Assembly: GCA_963770935.1 (NCBI GenBank)
Contig: CAVYRJ010000009.1
Span: 64,001-128,000, forward strand
Direction of reading: 5' to 3'
Source: Candidatus Bathyarchaeota archaeon
GTDB lineage: Archaea; Thermoproteota; Bathyarchaeia; Bathyarchaeales; Bathycorpusculaceae
Length of the DNA: 64,000 nt
Below, in pieces: positions 20,713 through 31,573 of the stretch (its first letter is position 1; each line of letters starts with the position of its first letter). The notes beneath the pieces are model-generated. The model was not told where the DNA came from. It saw nothing but the letters and a program-made list of their open reading frames with translations, and did not search any database. The translations under genes and the position numbers were made by a program.

Positions 20713-20807
20713 ACAGCATTGCCTAAGCGGAAACCCTTAATTGTTGGTTCTTCAAAAATGCCCATTATCTTAAGTGTATTTAGTTTAATTTAGGGATAAG
20801 AGAAATC

Positions 20808-22088
20808 ATGAACATAACAGAAAAAATCTTAGCTAAAGCTTCAGGAAAAAAATCCGTGCACCCGGGAGAAATCGTCGACGCAAATGTCGACATGGTAATG
20901 GTGCACGATTTAACTGGACCTTTAGCGGTTGAAGCCTTCAAAAAAATAGGCGTAGAAAAAGTTTGGGATAACAAAAAAGTAGTGGTAATTCTGGATCATC
21001 AAGTTCCAGCTGAATCGGTTAAGGCAGCGGAACTACACAAGACCATGAGGCAATTTGCCAAAAACCAAAACGTAACATTCTACGACGTTGGAAGAGGCGG
21101 AATATGCCATCAAGTCATGCCCGATAAAGGACACGTGGTTCCCGGAACTATCATATTAGGTGCCGACTCACACACTTGCACTTACGGAGCATTTGGAGCT
21201 TTTGCAACAGGTATCGGTTCAACAGAGGCAGCTGCAGTAATGGCTACAGGAAAAATCTGGCTGAAAGTTCCCGAAGCCATCAAAGTAAACGTTAAAGGCA
21301 AATTCAAACCAAACGTCACAGCCAAAGACCTAGTTTTAGCAATAACAGGTAAGCTGGGGGTTGATGGCGCAATTTACAAGAGTTTAGAGTTTACGGGTCC
21401 AACCGTCAAAAACATGACTGTTTCAGGACGCATGACCCTGTGCAACATGGCTGTTGAGATGGGCGCAAAAAACGGCATAGTTGAACCCGACGAAACCACC
21501 CGCAAATACTTAGAAGGCAAAATAAAAAAAATGCCCGACTTAGATGCTTTGAAAAGCGATCCCGATGCTAAATACAGTCAAACCGCCGAATTCGACGTTT
21601 CATCCATGGAGCCTCAAGTGGCATGCCCATCATCAGTTGACAACGTTAAACCAATCAGCAAAATAGGGGAAGTTAAAATTGACCAAGCCTTCATTGGTTC
21701 ATGCACTAACGGAAGATTAGAAGATTTGCAGTTAGCTGCAAAAATCATGAAGGGCAAAAAAGTTGCCGACGGCGTCCGTGCCCTAGTTATTCCTGCGTCT
21801 CAGGAAATCTATCAGCAAGCCGACAAAGAAGGGTTGCTACAGATTTTCACTGAGGCAGGCGCAATCGTTTGCGGCTCGGCTTGTGGACCATGCTTAGGCG
21901 GACACATTGGGTTGTTGGCAGCTGGAGAAACCTGCGTTAGCACCTCTAACCGTAACTTTATCGGGAGAATGGGCAGCACCCAAGCCAACGTCTATTTAGC
22001 TTCACCTGCAACAGTAGCTGCTTCAGCATTAACAGGAAAAATCACAGACCCCACAGTTCAGGAGATAAAAGCATGTCCAGCAAAATAA
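20808..22088 (+). CDS. leuC: 3-isopropylmalate dehydratase/homoaconitase large subunit
   Basis: DSHTCT, GSCTNGR, CGPCLG, STSNRNF. Confidence 0.9.
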   Translation: MNITEKILAKASGKKSVHPGEIVDANVDMVMVHDLTGPLAVEAFKKIGVEKVWDNKKVVVILDHQVPAESVKAAELHKTMRQFAKNQNVTFYDVGRGGICHQVMPDKGHVVPGTIILGADSHTCTYGAFGAFATGIGSTEAAAVMATGKIWLKVPEAIKVNVKGKFKPNVTAKDLVLAITGKLGVDGAIYKSLEFTGPTVKNMTVSGRMTLCNMAVEMGAKNGIVEPDETTRKYLEGKIKKMPDLDALKSDPDAKYSQTAEFDVSSMEPQVACPSSVDNVKPISKIGEVKIDQAFIGSCTNGRLEDLQLAAKIMKGKKVADGVRALVIPASQEIYQQADKEGLLQIFTEAGAIVCGSACGPCLGGHIGLLAAGETCVSTSNRNFIGRMGSTQANVYLASPATVAASALTGKITDPTVQEIKACPAK

Positions 22089-22573
22089 AAGCGCCAGCCA
22101 TAGTGTTCGGCAACAACATCGACACAGACGTCATCCTGCCAGGAAAATACCTAATCCTAGTGGACCCTTGCGAATTAGCAAAACATGCCTTAGAAAGCTT
22201 AGATACAACATTCCCAGACAAAGCCAAAAAAGGAATAATCATCATAGGAGGAAAAAACTTTGGCTGCGGCTCAAGTAGGGAACAAGCACCCATAGCACTA
22301 AAGTACTCAGGCGTGAAATGCGTCATCGCAGAATCGTTCGCACGTATCTTTTTCCGAAACGCAATAAACATCGGCTTACCAGTCCTCGAATGCAAAGGCA
22401 TCTCAGACGCCGTTAAAACAGGCGACACCGTTGCTGTGGATTTTGAAGCGGGCAAGATAGAAAATGTATCTAACGGCAAAAAGTTTCAAGTAGATAAGCT
22501 ACCACCATTTATCTTAGAAATATTTGCAGATGGCGGATTAATCGAAAACCTACGAAGGAAAATGAAAAAATGA
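22073..22573 (+). CDS. leuD: 3-isopropylmalate dehydratase small subunit
   Basis: NIDTDVI, NFGCGSSRE, SFARIFFRN. Confidence 0.92.
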   Translation: MSSKIKAPAIVFGNNIDTDVILPGKYLILVDPCELAKHALESLDTTFPDKAKKGIIIIGGKNFGCGSSREQAPIALKYSGVKCVIAESFARIFFRNAINIGLPVLECKGISDAVKTGDTVAVDFEAGKIENVSNGKKFQVDKLPPFILEIFADGGLIENLRRKMKK

Positions 22574-23607
22574 CAGAATATAAAATATCCCTCATTCCCG
22601 GCGACGGCATCGGACCAGAATTGTCAGAAGCCACCCTAAAAGTCCTAGAAGCAGTCGAAAAGAAATTCGGCTTAAAATTCAAAATCATCGACGCACCAGC
22701 TGGCGACATCGCCCTTGAAACTCTTGGCGCTGCATTACCTGCCGAAACAGTAGAGAAAATCAAGGATTCACACGCTTGCCTAAAGGGTCCAGTAGGCGAA
22801 TCGGCAGCTGACGTTATCGTGAAACTCAGAGTCATGTTCGATTTGTACGCTAATTTGCGTCCTCTGAAAGCTTACCCCAACGTTCCTGTTGCTCGACCAG
22901 ATATCGACATGTTGTTTGTCCGAGAGAACACTGAGGACGTTTACAAAGGCTTAGAGTTCACAATAGGCACCGATACAACTCTTTGCCTTAGAGTTATTAC
23001 AAGAAAAGCTTGCGAACGTATCGCCAAGAAAGCGTTTGAAATGGCACGTTTACGCAATGGCAAAAAGAAAGTCACCGCCATCCACAAAGCCAACGTTATG
23101 CGAGTAACCGACGGCTTATTTGCCAGCGTATGTCGTGAAACAGCAAAACAGTATCCAGACATAGCGTTTAACGAACTCTACGTTGACGCCGCATCCATGC
23201 GCTTAATTAAAGAACCACAAATATTTGATGTCTTCTGCACCTGCAACATGTTCGGCGACATCCTAAGCGACGAAGCCGCACAGCTAATCGGCGGGTTAGG
23301 CATGGCTCCAGGCGCAAACATCGGCGACAACTTTGGCCTCTTTGAACCAATACATGGCTCCGCACCAAACAGAGCAGGAAAACACACCGCTAACCCAATT
23401 AGCATGATACTTTCCGCAAAAATGATGCTGGAATGGCTAGGAGAAAAATACGGTGACAAGAAATGCTTACAAGCAGGCGCAGCCATAGAGAACGGTGTAG
23501 TTTACGCTCTGCGTAACTATCAATCTGTTCCAGACTGCGGCGGCAAAACCACAACCGTGGGCATGGCAGAAGCTATCGCTGCAGCCTTAACGGTTAAAAG
23601 TGGCTGA
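22570..23607 (+). CDS. leuB: Isopropylmalate/homoisocitrate dehydrogenase family
   Basis: GDGIGPE, RENTE, NMFGDILSD, EPIHGSAP. Confidence 0.88.
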   Translation: MTEYKISLIPGDGIGPELSEATLKVLEAVEKKFGLKFKIIDAPAGDIALETLGAALPAETVEKIKDSHACLKGPVGESAADVIVKLRVMFDLYANLRPLKAYPNVPVARPDIDMLFVRENTEDVYKGLEFTIGTDTTLCLRVITRKACERIAKKAFEMARLRNGKKKVTAIHKANVMRVTDGLFASVCRETAKQYPDIAFNELYVDAASMRLIKEPQIFDVFCTCNMFGDILSDEAAQLIGGLGMAPGANIGDNFGLFEPIHGSAPNRAGKHTANPISMILSAKMMLEWLGEKYGDKKCLQAGAAIENGVVYALRNYQSVPDCGGKTTTVGMAEAIAAALTVKSG

Positions 23608-25138
23608 AAGCATGACAAACAAAACCTCAAGAACCATCCGAATTTTTGATACCACATTAAGAGACGGGGAACAAACCCCCGGAGTTTCTTTAACAGCCGA
23701 CGACAAAATTGAGATAGCCCGCCAACTAAGTAAACTAGGCGTTGATGTTATCGAAGCAGGTTTCCCAAGCTCATCGGAGGGCGAACGCAAAGTCGTCAAA
23801 GACATAGCAAAACTTGGCTTAACCTCGGAAATTTGTGCATTATCACGCGCAACAAGAAAAGACATAGATGCAGCACTCGCCTGCGATGTCAGCTTAATCC
23901 ATGTCTTCATCCCGACCTCTCCAGTCCAAATGAAATATGCCGTCAACTTGACAGAGGAGCAGGTGTTAGCTTCAGCGGTGGACTCGATTGAATATGTTAA
24001 GAAGCATGGCGTAAAATGCGAGTTTTCACCAATGGATGCCACCCGCAGCGAGCTGCCATTCCTAAAAAAAGTCTGCAAAGCCGCACAGGACGCAGGCATG
24101 GACACGCTAAACGTTCCCGATACCGTAGGCATCATGATTCCTAAGACCACCTCCAAACTAGTTGAAGACCTAAAAACCGTTGTCTCCGTGCCAATAAGCA
24201 TACACTGCCACGACGACTTTGGTTTGGCAGTTGCAAACAGTTTAGCTGCAGTTGAGGCAGGTGCAGCACAAGTTCACGTCGCTGTCAACGGCTTAGGCGA
24301 ACGAGCAGGCAACGCTTCACTAGAAGAGGTCGTTATGGCGTTGCATATGATTTACAAGTACAAAACTGGCGTAAACACACGCTTACTCTACAGTACCTCG
24401 CGACTGGTTGCAGCCTTAACAGGCATTACAGTGCAAGCTAACAAAGCAATTGTCGGCGAGAACGCTTTTGCCCACGAATCAGGCATCCACACAAGAGGCG
24501 TAACAGAGAAACCATTAACATTTGAGCCAATAAACCCAGAACTAGTTGGGCGCACAAGGAAACTGGTCGCTGGAAAGTTGGCGGGAACCCGAGGCATTAA
24601 AGCTGGACTTGAAGAAATCGGCATTCACCCAACGGAGGAGCAACTAAAAGAAATCGTCCAGCGCGTCAAAGAATTGGGTGACAAAGGCAAAATGGTCACA
24701 GACGCCGACTTAATAGCTTTAACCTCAGCTGTTATGGGTGAAGTTGTTGGGGAAGAAAAAATCGTTGACCTATGCGACATGGCAGTTGTAACAGGCATCA
24801 AAGTTATCCCAACCGCTTCCGTGCGTTTAGTCTTGAACGGCAAAGAATACGTTGCCGCTGAAACAGGAGTTGGACCCGTAGACGCAGTGCTTAAAGCCAT
24901 CCAGAAGTTAACCAGCAGCATCGAAAACATCCGCCTAAGCGAATATCGCCTTGAAGCTATAACGGGAGGATCCAACGCAGTCGCGGAAGTTGTCATTAAA
25001 GTCGAGGATGAAAAAGGCAACATCGTTAGCGCCAGAGCAGCCAGAGAAGACATCGTTATGGCATCTGTTGAAGCGATGATAAACGGCATAAACAAACTCT
25101 TGCTAAAGAACCATCAAAAGCAGGGAAACAAAAAGTGA
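23600..25138 (+). CDS. leuA: 2-isopropylmalate/citramalate synthase with LeuA regulatory domain
   Basis: DTTLRDGEQ, HCHDDFG, GERAGN, HESGIH, C-terminal GVGPVDA allosteric domain. Confidence 0.88.
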   Translation: MAESMTNKTSRTIRIFDTTLRDGEQTPGVSLTADDKIEIARQLSKLGVDVIEAGFPSSSEGERKVVKDIAKLGLTSEICALSRATRKDIDAALACDVSLIHVFIPTSPVQMKYAVNLTEEQVLASAVDSIEYVKKHGVKCEFSPMDATRSELPFLKKVCKAAQDAGMDTLNVPDTVGIMIPKTTSKLVEDLKTVVSVPISIHCHDDFGLAVANSLAAVEAGAAQVHVAVNGLGERAGNASLEEVVMALHMIYKYKTGVNTRLLYSTSRLVAALTGITVQANKAIVGENAFAHESGIHTRGVTEKPLTFEPINPELVGRTRKLVAGKLAGTRGIKAGLEEIGIHPTEEQLKEIVQRVKELGDKGKMVTDADLIALTSAVMGEVVGEEKIVDLCDMAVVTGIKVIPTASVRLVLNGKEYVAAETGVGPVDAVLKAIQKLTSSIENIRLSEYRLEAITGGSNAVAEVVIKVEDEKGNIVSARAAREDIVMASVEAMINGINKLLLKNHQKQGNKK

Positions 25139-25947
25139 AAGTAACCTATCAGGGCGAAACAGGCGCCTACAGCGAAATGGCTGTCTTCAAGTTTTTCGGC
25201 AGCAAAGCAGAGCCTATTCCCTGCAAAGATTTCCGAGAGGTCTTCGAATCCGTTAAAACAGGTACGGTTCCTAACGGCGTGGTTCCCATTGAGAACTCCA
25301 TTGAAGGCAGCGTCAACCAAAACTACGATTTATTCCTTGCTTACGACCTCAAAGTCTGCGGTGAAGTCGCAGTGAAACTTGCCCACGTCTTAATCGCTAA
25401 TTCCCAAACCAAACTTGACGACGTCCAAACAGTCTATTCTCACCCCCAAGCGCTGGCGCAATGCCGCAGCTACCTTGAAAAGCACAAGTGGGAAATCATC
25501 CCCGCATACGACACGGCTGGAGCAGCCAAAGCCATCAAAGAAAAAAAGCTTTTCAACGCCGCAGCCATCGCAAGTGAAAAAGCCGCCGACCTCTACGGCA
25601 TGAAAATTCTTGCCCGAGACATCGCCGATAACCCGTCAAACTACACGCGGTTTCTTGTCCTCTCACATGAAGATGCAGCGCCAACTGGAGACGACAAAAC
25701 TTCAATCATATTCTCAGCTAAGCATGCCCCTGGCACTTTGTACCATGTTCTTGGAGAGTTTGCGTCAAGAAACATCAACCTGACAAGAATCGAATCCAGA
25801 CCCACAAAAACCACCGCTTGGCAATACAACTTCTACCTTGACTTTGAGGGTCATAGAACCGAAAAACGCTGCGCTGAAGCAGTGCAAGCGCTAGAAAAGT
25901 ATGCTACTTTCGTGAAAATTCTGGGATCGTACCCCAGAGCAATCTAA
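25135..25947 (+). CDS. pheA: Prephenate dehydratase
   Basis: PIENSIEG, SHPQALAQC, TRF, ESRP ACT motif. Confidence 0.94.
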   Translation: MKVTYQGETGAYSEMAVFKFFGSKAEPIPCKDFREVFESVKTGTVPNGVVPIENSIEGSVNQNYDLFLAYDLKVCGEVAVKLAHVLIANSQTKLDDVQTVYSHPQALAQCRSYLEKHKWEIIPAYDTAGAAKAIKEKKLFNAAAIASEKAADLYGMKILARDIADNPSNYTRFLVLSHEDAAPTGDDKTSIIFSAKHAPGTLYHVLGEFASRNINLTRIESRPTKTTAWQYNFYLDFEGHRTEKRCAEAVQALEKYATFVKILGSYPRAI

Positions 25948-26080
25948 CTCGACTCTTTTCGCCTGAATTATTTCTTTGCTTTCTTTCGCGGCAAATCTGC
26001 AACACAATTTCGCCTGGGTACCAAAGGGTGCCAATAAAAATAACTAACTTGTGGAAAAACCAGATTAAAGAAGAGCTAAA

Positions 26081-26953
26081 CTATTTTTCTGTTGATTCTA
26101 GCATTTTATACATGTTTTCGTAGGATTCTACGAAATCGCTGTCGGATTCCTTTAGCCTCTTCTTTAGCTGTTCCATGCGCTCAACGATAGCCTTATTGTC
26201 TTTGCTTTTGATTAGGCTAAGCAGCTCTTGGGCTTTAGCCATAAAAGTGTCCTCGATTTTTCCCAGTTCAGGCAGGTTAGTCTGCACTGCAGCGTAGAGG
26301 TCAGGGGTTTCCAGCGCGGTTGCTTCTGCCAATGTGAAGAGCATTCGGTAGGTTGTGCCAGCTACCTTTTTTGTTTCTGGCAGATTCTTCTGCTCTAGAA
26401 GCGTTTCACAGGCGACTAAGCCAAGGAAATGAGGGAGGCCAAGCACGACTGACATAAGTTCATCGTGTTTTTTGGGTGTCATGATGAAAACATGTGCTTC
26501 TTCCTTTTCCAGCCAATGTTTGAATTTTTCCGCAAACTCCTGTTCCGTAGCGTTCGTAGGGGTTAAGACATAGGCTTTGTGCTTGACGCCGTTGCTTCCC
26601 GGACCAAAAACTGGATGTGTACCCAACACGGTGGCGCCTTTGACATATTGGTGCATGGTTTTGACGGGTGCTTCTTTGATTGAGCAAATATCCATAACCA
26701 CTTGCCCTTCGTGGAGAGACGGGCTAATTGCTTTAACTACCTCTTCCATCGCATTTATTGAGACGCATAGGATAATTTGGTCGGCGTCTTGGACAGCTTC
26801 TTGAAAATTTGTAGTTAGGTCAACCATTAAATCTTTTAGATTTTCAAGTCTCGTTTTTTTCCTATCAGCCAATACCACATCGTAATCTTTTGAGAGGAAA
26901 AATTTGGCGAACCAAATACCCATTTTCCCCGCGCCGATTACGGCAATCCTCAT
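26081..26953 (-). CDS. tyrA: Prephenate dehydrogenase
   Basis: GAGKMG Rossmann motif, DICSIK, HPVFGP, HD…LPH. Confidence 0.92.
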   Translation of the reverse strand: MRIAVIGAGKMGIWFAKFFLSKDYDVVLADRKKTRLENLKDLMVDLTTNFQEAVQDADQIILCVSINAMEEVVKAISPSLHEGQVVMDICSIKEAPVKTMHQYVKGATVLGTHPVFGPGSNGVKHKAYVLTPTNATEQEFAEKFKHWLEKEEAHVFIMTPKKHDELMSVVLGLPHFLGLVACETLLEQKNLPETKKVAGTTYRMLFTLAEATALETPDLYAAVQTNLPELGKIEDTFMAKAQELLSLIKSKDNKAIVERMEQLKKRLKESDSDFVESYENMYKMLESTEK

Positions 26954-28071
26954 TTAGCCGCCTCGCAGATTTTATCTAGACCTTCTTCTATTTGGTCGTC
27001 TGGTGCAGTTAGGGATATCCGGAAGTGTTCGCGGTAGTCGCCAAAAGCTGTGCCTGGAGCTACAGCGACACCTTTGTCGAGTAATTCTAAGGTGAATTTT
27101 TCTGAGTCTAAGCCGTCAAGTTTGGGAAACACATAGAAGGGTGCGTCAGGTTTGGTGAATTTGAAGCCTGCTTCTGAGAGTTTGGTGCTTGCGAGGTCTG
27201 CGCGTTTTTTGTATTTGGCTTTGATTTTGGACGCTATTTGCTTTTGTAGTTCTAATCCTTTTAGCGCGGCGTCTTGGATAAAGAGTGGCACGTTGTTTAT
27301 TGTGATTTGGTTCAGTTTGGTTATATTATCAACTAGGGGTTTGTTGGTGATTACGTAGCCGACTCGCCAACCTGTCATACTGAAGGTTTTAGAGAACCCA
27401 TTTGACAGGATATGTTTGCAATCGCCGTCGTAGTCGATGATACTTTTTGTTTTAGTGAAAGCTATTGTCCCATAAACCTCATCGGAGAGTATGGTTACGC
27501 CTTTTTTGTTTGCAATTTCCATTATGCCATCGAGGGTTTTGGTGTTAATCAGTTTGCTTGTGGGGTTGTTGGGGTTGTTGAGGATAATCATGCGGGTGTC
27601 TTTGTCAATTAGGCTCTCCAGCTTATCGATGTCTATATTCCAGTCGTTCTCAAACTCGGTTCGCAGCAGTTTAGTTTTGGCGCCTAAACTTTTGGCGATT
27701 AAATCGTAAGCTGTCCAATAAGGAGTAGGAATAATGACATTTCCGCCGCCCTTCATCATTAAAAACATCGTGGCAAATATGCCCCATTTAGATCCAGGTG
27801 TAATAACAACATTTTCCACTTTAACACCGTGCAGTTCAGCGAGTTTCTGACGAAGTTTATTCTCGCCGTAAGAAGAAGAATACTTGGTTCTGCCCGTCTT
27901 CATAGATGCGTATGCGGCTTCCACTATTTCAGGCGGCGTTGCCAAGTCTGGGTCGCCAAGGTTTAAGCGGATTATTTTTTTTCCTTCACTTTCAAGTTTG
28001 AGGGCTTTCTCGTTTATCTCGTAGAGCATCTTTGGACTCTCCGTTAAGAGTTCTTTATTCTTGAACGGCAC
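26950..28071 (-). CDS. Class I/II PLP aminotransferase (aromatic/aspartate)
   Basis: NNPNNPT, SDEVY, GFSKTFSMTGWRVG. Confidence 0.92.
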   Translation of the reverse strand: MPFKNKELLTESPKMLYEINEKALKLESEGKKIIRLNLGDPDLATPPEIVEAAYASMKTGRTKYSSSYGENKLRQKLAELHGVKVENVVITPGSKWGIFATMFLMMKGGGNVIIPTPYWTAYDLIAKSLGAKTKLLRTEFENDWNIDIDKLESLIDKDTRMIILNNPNNPTSKLINTKTLDGIMEIANKKGVTILSDEVYGTIAFTKTKSIIDYDGDCKHILSNGFSKTFSMTGWRVGYVITNKPLVDNITKLNQITINNVPLFIQDAALKGLELQKQIASKIKAKYKKRADLASTKLSEAGFKFTKPDAPFYVFPKLDGLDSEKFTLELLDKGVAVAPGTAFGDYREHFRISLTAPDDQIEEGLDKICEAAK

Positions 28072-28315
28072 TGCACATATTAACTATTTCGCGGTAAACT
28101 CGTTCAATTTGAGCAGGATCAAGCTGACATTGGACAGATTTGTCCTTTATGCGTCTGTAAACTTCATTTTCCCTTGATGAATCGCGTATTGGCATGTCCT
28201 GCCTTTTCTTCGATTCACCGATGGCTTTGCAAACTCTAACTCTTTCGCACAAAGCCTTGAGGACTTCGTCGTCGATTTCATCTACCCTTTTTCTCAGCTT
28301 TTGGATTTCATCCAT
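28055..28315 (-). CDS. aroQ: Chorismate mutase type II (AroQ)
   Basis: LR-x-x-VD-x-ID…R…IG-x-x-K…D-x-x-RE motif. Confidence 0.9.
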   Translation of the reverse strand: MDEIQKLRKRVDEIDDEVLKALCERVRVCKAIGESKKRQDMPIRDSSRENEVYRRIKDKSVQCQLDPAQIERVYREIVNMCSAVQE

Positions 28316-28317
28316 GT

Positions 28318-29421
28318 TTAGTGCTCCTTGAGGACTTTGGCTATGTAGCCAGCACGGATCAGGTGATCAGCTAAGGTTATGGCAACTGCCGCTTCGACTG
28401 CGGGTACGGCTTTTGGAACAACGCATGGATCATGTCTGCCCTTAACGTTCAAAGCTACATTCTCCATAGAGGATAGGTTAACAGTTTTTTGTTCCTTAGC
28501 AATCGAGGGCGTAGGCTTTATCGCCACACGAATCATGATCGGCATACCACTGGATAAGCCGCCTAAAACTCCGCCGGCATATTCCGTTGACGTGATAACT
28601 TCTCCATTCTTCAGGAGAAATGCATCGTTATTCTCTGAACCCCTAAGCTCAGCAACCTTAAAACCTGCGCCAAACTCGACACCCTTAACCGCTGGAACAG
28701 CAAACAGAGCTTTAGCTAAATCAGCATCCAACGAATCAAACAATGGCTCACCTATCCCAACTGGCATGTTAAACGCGATGCATTCGATCACTCCACCAAG
28801 GCTATCACCTGCTTTTCGGGCTTCGATTATTGCTTCTTCCATCTTCTCTGCGCAGGCTAAGTCGGGACATCTTGTTGTGGCAGCATTTTTGTTTTTGCGG
28901 ATTTCTGCAGCACTAAACTTTTTGTCAGTTTTAACTTTGCCAATCGATTGTGTATAGGCCAAAATGTCGATGTCATATCTGTTTAGGAGCTTTTTGGCTA
29001 TGGTTCCTGCCATTATTAGGGCAACTGTGACTCTGCCTGAGAAGCGTCCGCCGCCACGGTAGTCGTTGAAGCCGCCGTACCTTACGCGGGCTGGGTAATC
29101 TGAGTGCCCCGGTCTTGGCAGGTCCTTAATGGCTTCGTAGTCGCTAGAGTTGGTATCCTTATTTTCCACCATCAAAGCGATTGGTGCGCCTGTTGTTAAG
29201 CTGTTAAAAACTCCGCTGAGAATTTTTGCAAAATCCTTTTCGACACGTGCCGAAACAATTTTAGTTTCTGCTGGAACTCTTCGGTCAAGTTCCTCTTGGA
29301 AATTTTTTTCGGAGAGCGGCAACCCTGCTGGACAGCCATCCACGACTACGCCGACGACTTTGCCATGGCTCTCGCCAAACGTTGTAATAATGAATTCTTT
29401 ACCTATCGAATTTCCCGCCAA
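28318..29421 (-). CDS. aroC: Chorismate synthase
   Basis: TFGESHG, PRPGHSD, RGGGRFSGR, KPTPSI, GRHDPC. Confidence 0.96.
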   Translation of the reverse strand: MAGNSIGKEFIITTFGESHGKVVGVVVDGCPAGLPLSEKNFQEELDRRVPAETKIVSARVEKDFAKILSGVFNSLTTGAPIALMVENKDTNSSDYEAIKDLPRPGHSDYPARVRYGGFNDYRGGGRFSGRVTVALIMAGTIAKKLLNRYDIDILAYTQSIGKVKTDKKFSAAEIRKNKNAATTRCPDLACAEKMEEAIIEARKAGDSLGGVIECIAFNMPVGIGEPLFDSLDADLAKALFAVPAVKGVEFGAGFKVAELRGSENNDAFLLKNGEVITSTEYAGGVLGGLSSGMPIMIRVAIKPTPSIAKEQKTVNLSSMENVALNVKGRHDPCVVPKAVPAVEAAVAITLADHLIRAGYIAKVLKEH

Positions 29422-29426
29422 CTAAG

Positions 29427-30698
29427 TCAGCTCCTAACTGTTTTAGATGAGTGAAGAACTGTCGGATAAGACTTTCTGACGCACTGAGCATTTTGAATTG
29501 TGGTTTCTCCCTTGGCTCCTAATGCGGCAACTGCGCAAGCCATAGCTATTCGGTGGTCATTGTGAGGATCTATGGCTACGCCGTGTAAGGGTGAGCCGCC
29601 CTGAATGATTAAGCCGTCGTCAGTAATGGTTACTTTCGCGCCCATCTTTGTTAACTCAAGGTAAAGCGATTCGAGACGGTCAGATTCTTTAAGCCGGAGT
29701 CTACGAGCCCCAAAAATGTGAGAAATACCCTTCGCATAACATGCAAGGACGACTATGGCTGGGACAAGATCAGGAATATTCTTCGCATCAACTTCTACAG
29801 GTTTAAGTAAACTTTCTGAACCTTCAATCTCAACCCTGTCTTCGCAAACTTTCCCGTTTATCCCCATATGTTTTAAAATACCCAAAATTGCTTTGTCGCC
29901 TTGAACACTGCCATAGTCAAGGTTGTTAATCTGGACTTTAGAGTTGATTATTGCTGCAGCAGCGAACAGAAAGGCGGCTGAGGAAAAGTCTCCTGGAACC
30001 CTGCTGTCTGAGGGTGTATAGGTTTGGTTTGCTGGGATGTGAATGTGGTTTTCGTGTGCAGGCACTTTAACTCCATGATTAGCTAAAACAGTCTGAGTCA
30101 TCTTTACGTAATCCGCAGACTCCAACGGCGAACTAAGCATTATCTCCGTGTCGACACTTGCCATTGGGCAAGCAAACATCAAACCAGAAATAAATTGCGA
30201 ACTCACATCACCCGGAATGGAAGTCTCTCCTCCTACAATTCCCCCTCCCGAAACAAAAACTGCATCTCTTTCGCCCAGCTTTCCAAAATGAACTTTGGTG
30301 CCAAGTTCCTTGAGGCTTGCCAGCAAAGGTTCCACAGGGCGCTTTTCAATGGAGCCCTTAAACACCAACGTCGAAGAACCAATTGCCAAAGCAGCTACGG
30401 GAATCATGAAACGCAACGTTGCCCCTGATTCACCACAATCAATAGGCTCCTTTGCGCCTTTAAGCGGAATTGCACCTTTGATGGTCCAGCAATCTTCAGC
30501 AATTGTAATTATTGCTCCCAAAGCAGTAACAGCACGGAGCGTGGCTTCGGTATCCTCGGAAAGAAGAGGGTTAGAAACTTTAGAAATCCCGTTAGCGAGG
30601 GCGGCAGCAATGACCATTCTTTGCGTATAAGATTTGGAGGGGGGCGCACAAACTTGACCAATCAACTTTTCAGTTTTTTTAACTAATACATCAGTCAT
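29427..30698 (-). CDS. aroA: EPSP synthase (indel near 29460 alters the last residues)
   Basis: PPSKS, GESGATLR, SSQFISG, KESDR, DHRIAM. Confidence 0.95.
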   Translation of the reverse strand: MTDVLVKKTEKLIGQVCAPPSKSYTQRMVIAAALANGISKVSNPLLSEDTEATLRAVTALGAIITIAEDCWTIKGAIPLKGAKEPIDCGESGATLRFMIPVAALAIGSSTLVFKGSIEKRPVEPLLASLKELGTKVHFGKLGERDAVFVSGGGIVGGETSIPGDVSSQFISGLMFACPMASVDTEIMLSSPLESADYVKMTQTVLANHGVKVPAHENHIHIPANQTYTPSDSRVPGDFSSAAFLFAAAAIINSKVQINNLDYGSVQGDKAILGILKHMGINGKVCEDRVEIEGSESLLKPVEVDAKNIPDLVPAIVVLACYAKGISHIFGARRLRLKESDRLESLYLELTKMGAKVTITDDGLIIQGGSPLHGVAIDPHNDHRIAMACAVAALGAKGETTIQNAQCVRKSYPTVLHSSKTVRS

Positions 30699-30700
30699 TG

Positions 30701-31571
30701 CTATAGCACCTTAGCTTTCTCGCTGTTCAACTTTGCCTGCAACACTTCACCATCGTATCTTAGCAGGGCAGCTTCTACGGAAGCAATTTTATCTTTGGAT
30801 ACGACAACTGTCACTGCTGGTCCTTTTCCGCAAAGCCCCGCTGCAACAGCTCCAGCAGCCAATGCATCAATGGCGATTGCTGGATTAAGGTTAGAGGCTG
30901 AAGAATAGATTAAGCCATTTAGCGTTAATGCCTCCCAAACTCTCCCCTCCAAAACCCTGTCAAACGCGATTTCTACAAGAGGCTTGACGGATCTGAGCCT
31001 GCCTACGTTTGAGTTAGCAGTATAGGCTTTCTGTGGCGGTGCATGGAATAACACCACCAAATCATCTGGTAATGGCAACTGCTTGATTATTTCCCGACTC
31101 AGAGTTATCAGTGATTACAATGCCACCAAAGTATGAAGCGCAAGCATCATCAAAAGCACCCGTCACGGTAACGTTTGCGTCAAAAGCTGCTTCGACACCA
31201 AGCTTGACGATTTCTATGTCATCGAGTGTTTTCTTTAATGCCGCGATTGTTGCTAAAGCAGTTGCGTTTGCAGCAACACTGCTGCTTTTTAGACCTCTGG
31301 CGATAGGAATGTTGGACTGGGTTTTTATTTTTGCTCCAAAACTCTTCTCTAAACCGAAGAGCTGCAGAACTCTTGTCACGGTTTTTTCTATTAAAAGGGA
31401 GCTTTCTGTTGGGTCAGAGGCAATCTCTCCGCTGATAAATCCTACCTCATTGGTTAGTTTGACTTCTGCCTTTGTCCACAAGTCAACTCCAAACGCTGCA
31501 CCCTTCCCTAAAGCAATCGCGTTTACGATTGTTGCAGCCCCATGCGCTATAGCAGTAGCTTTGCCAGCCAA
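30701..31571 (-). CDS. aroK: Archaeal GHMP-type shikimate kinase (one indel near 31100)
   Basis: GAATIVNA, P-x-x-x-GLKSSS, TGAFDDA, GLCGKGPA. Confidence 0.9.
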
Positions 31572-31573
31572 GT

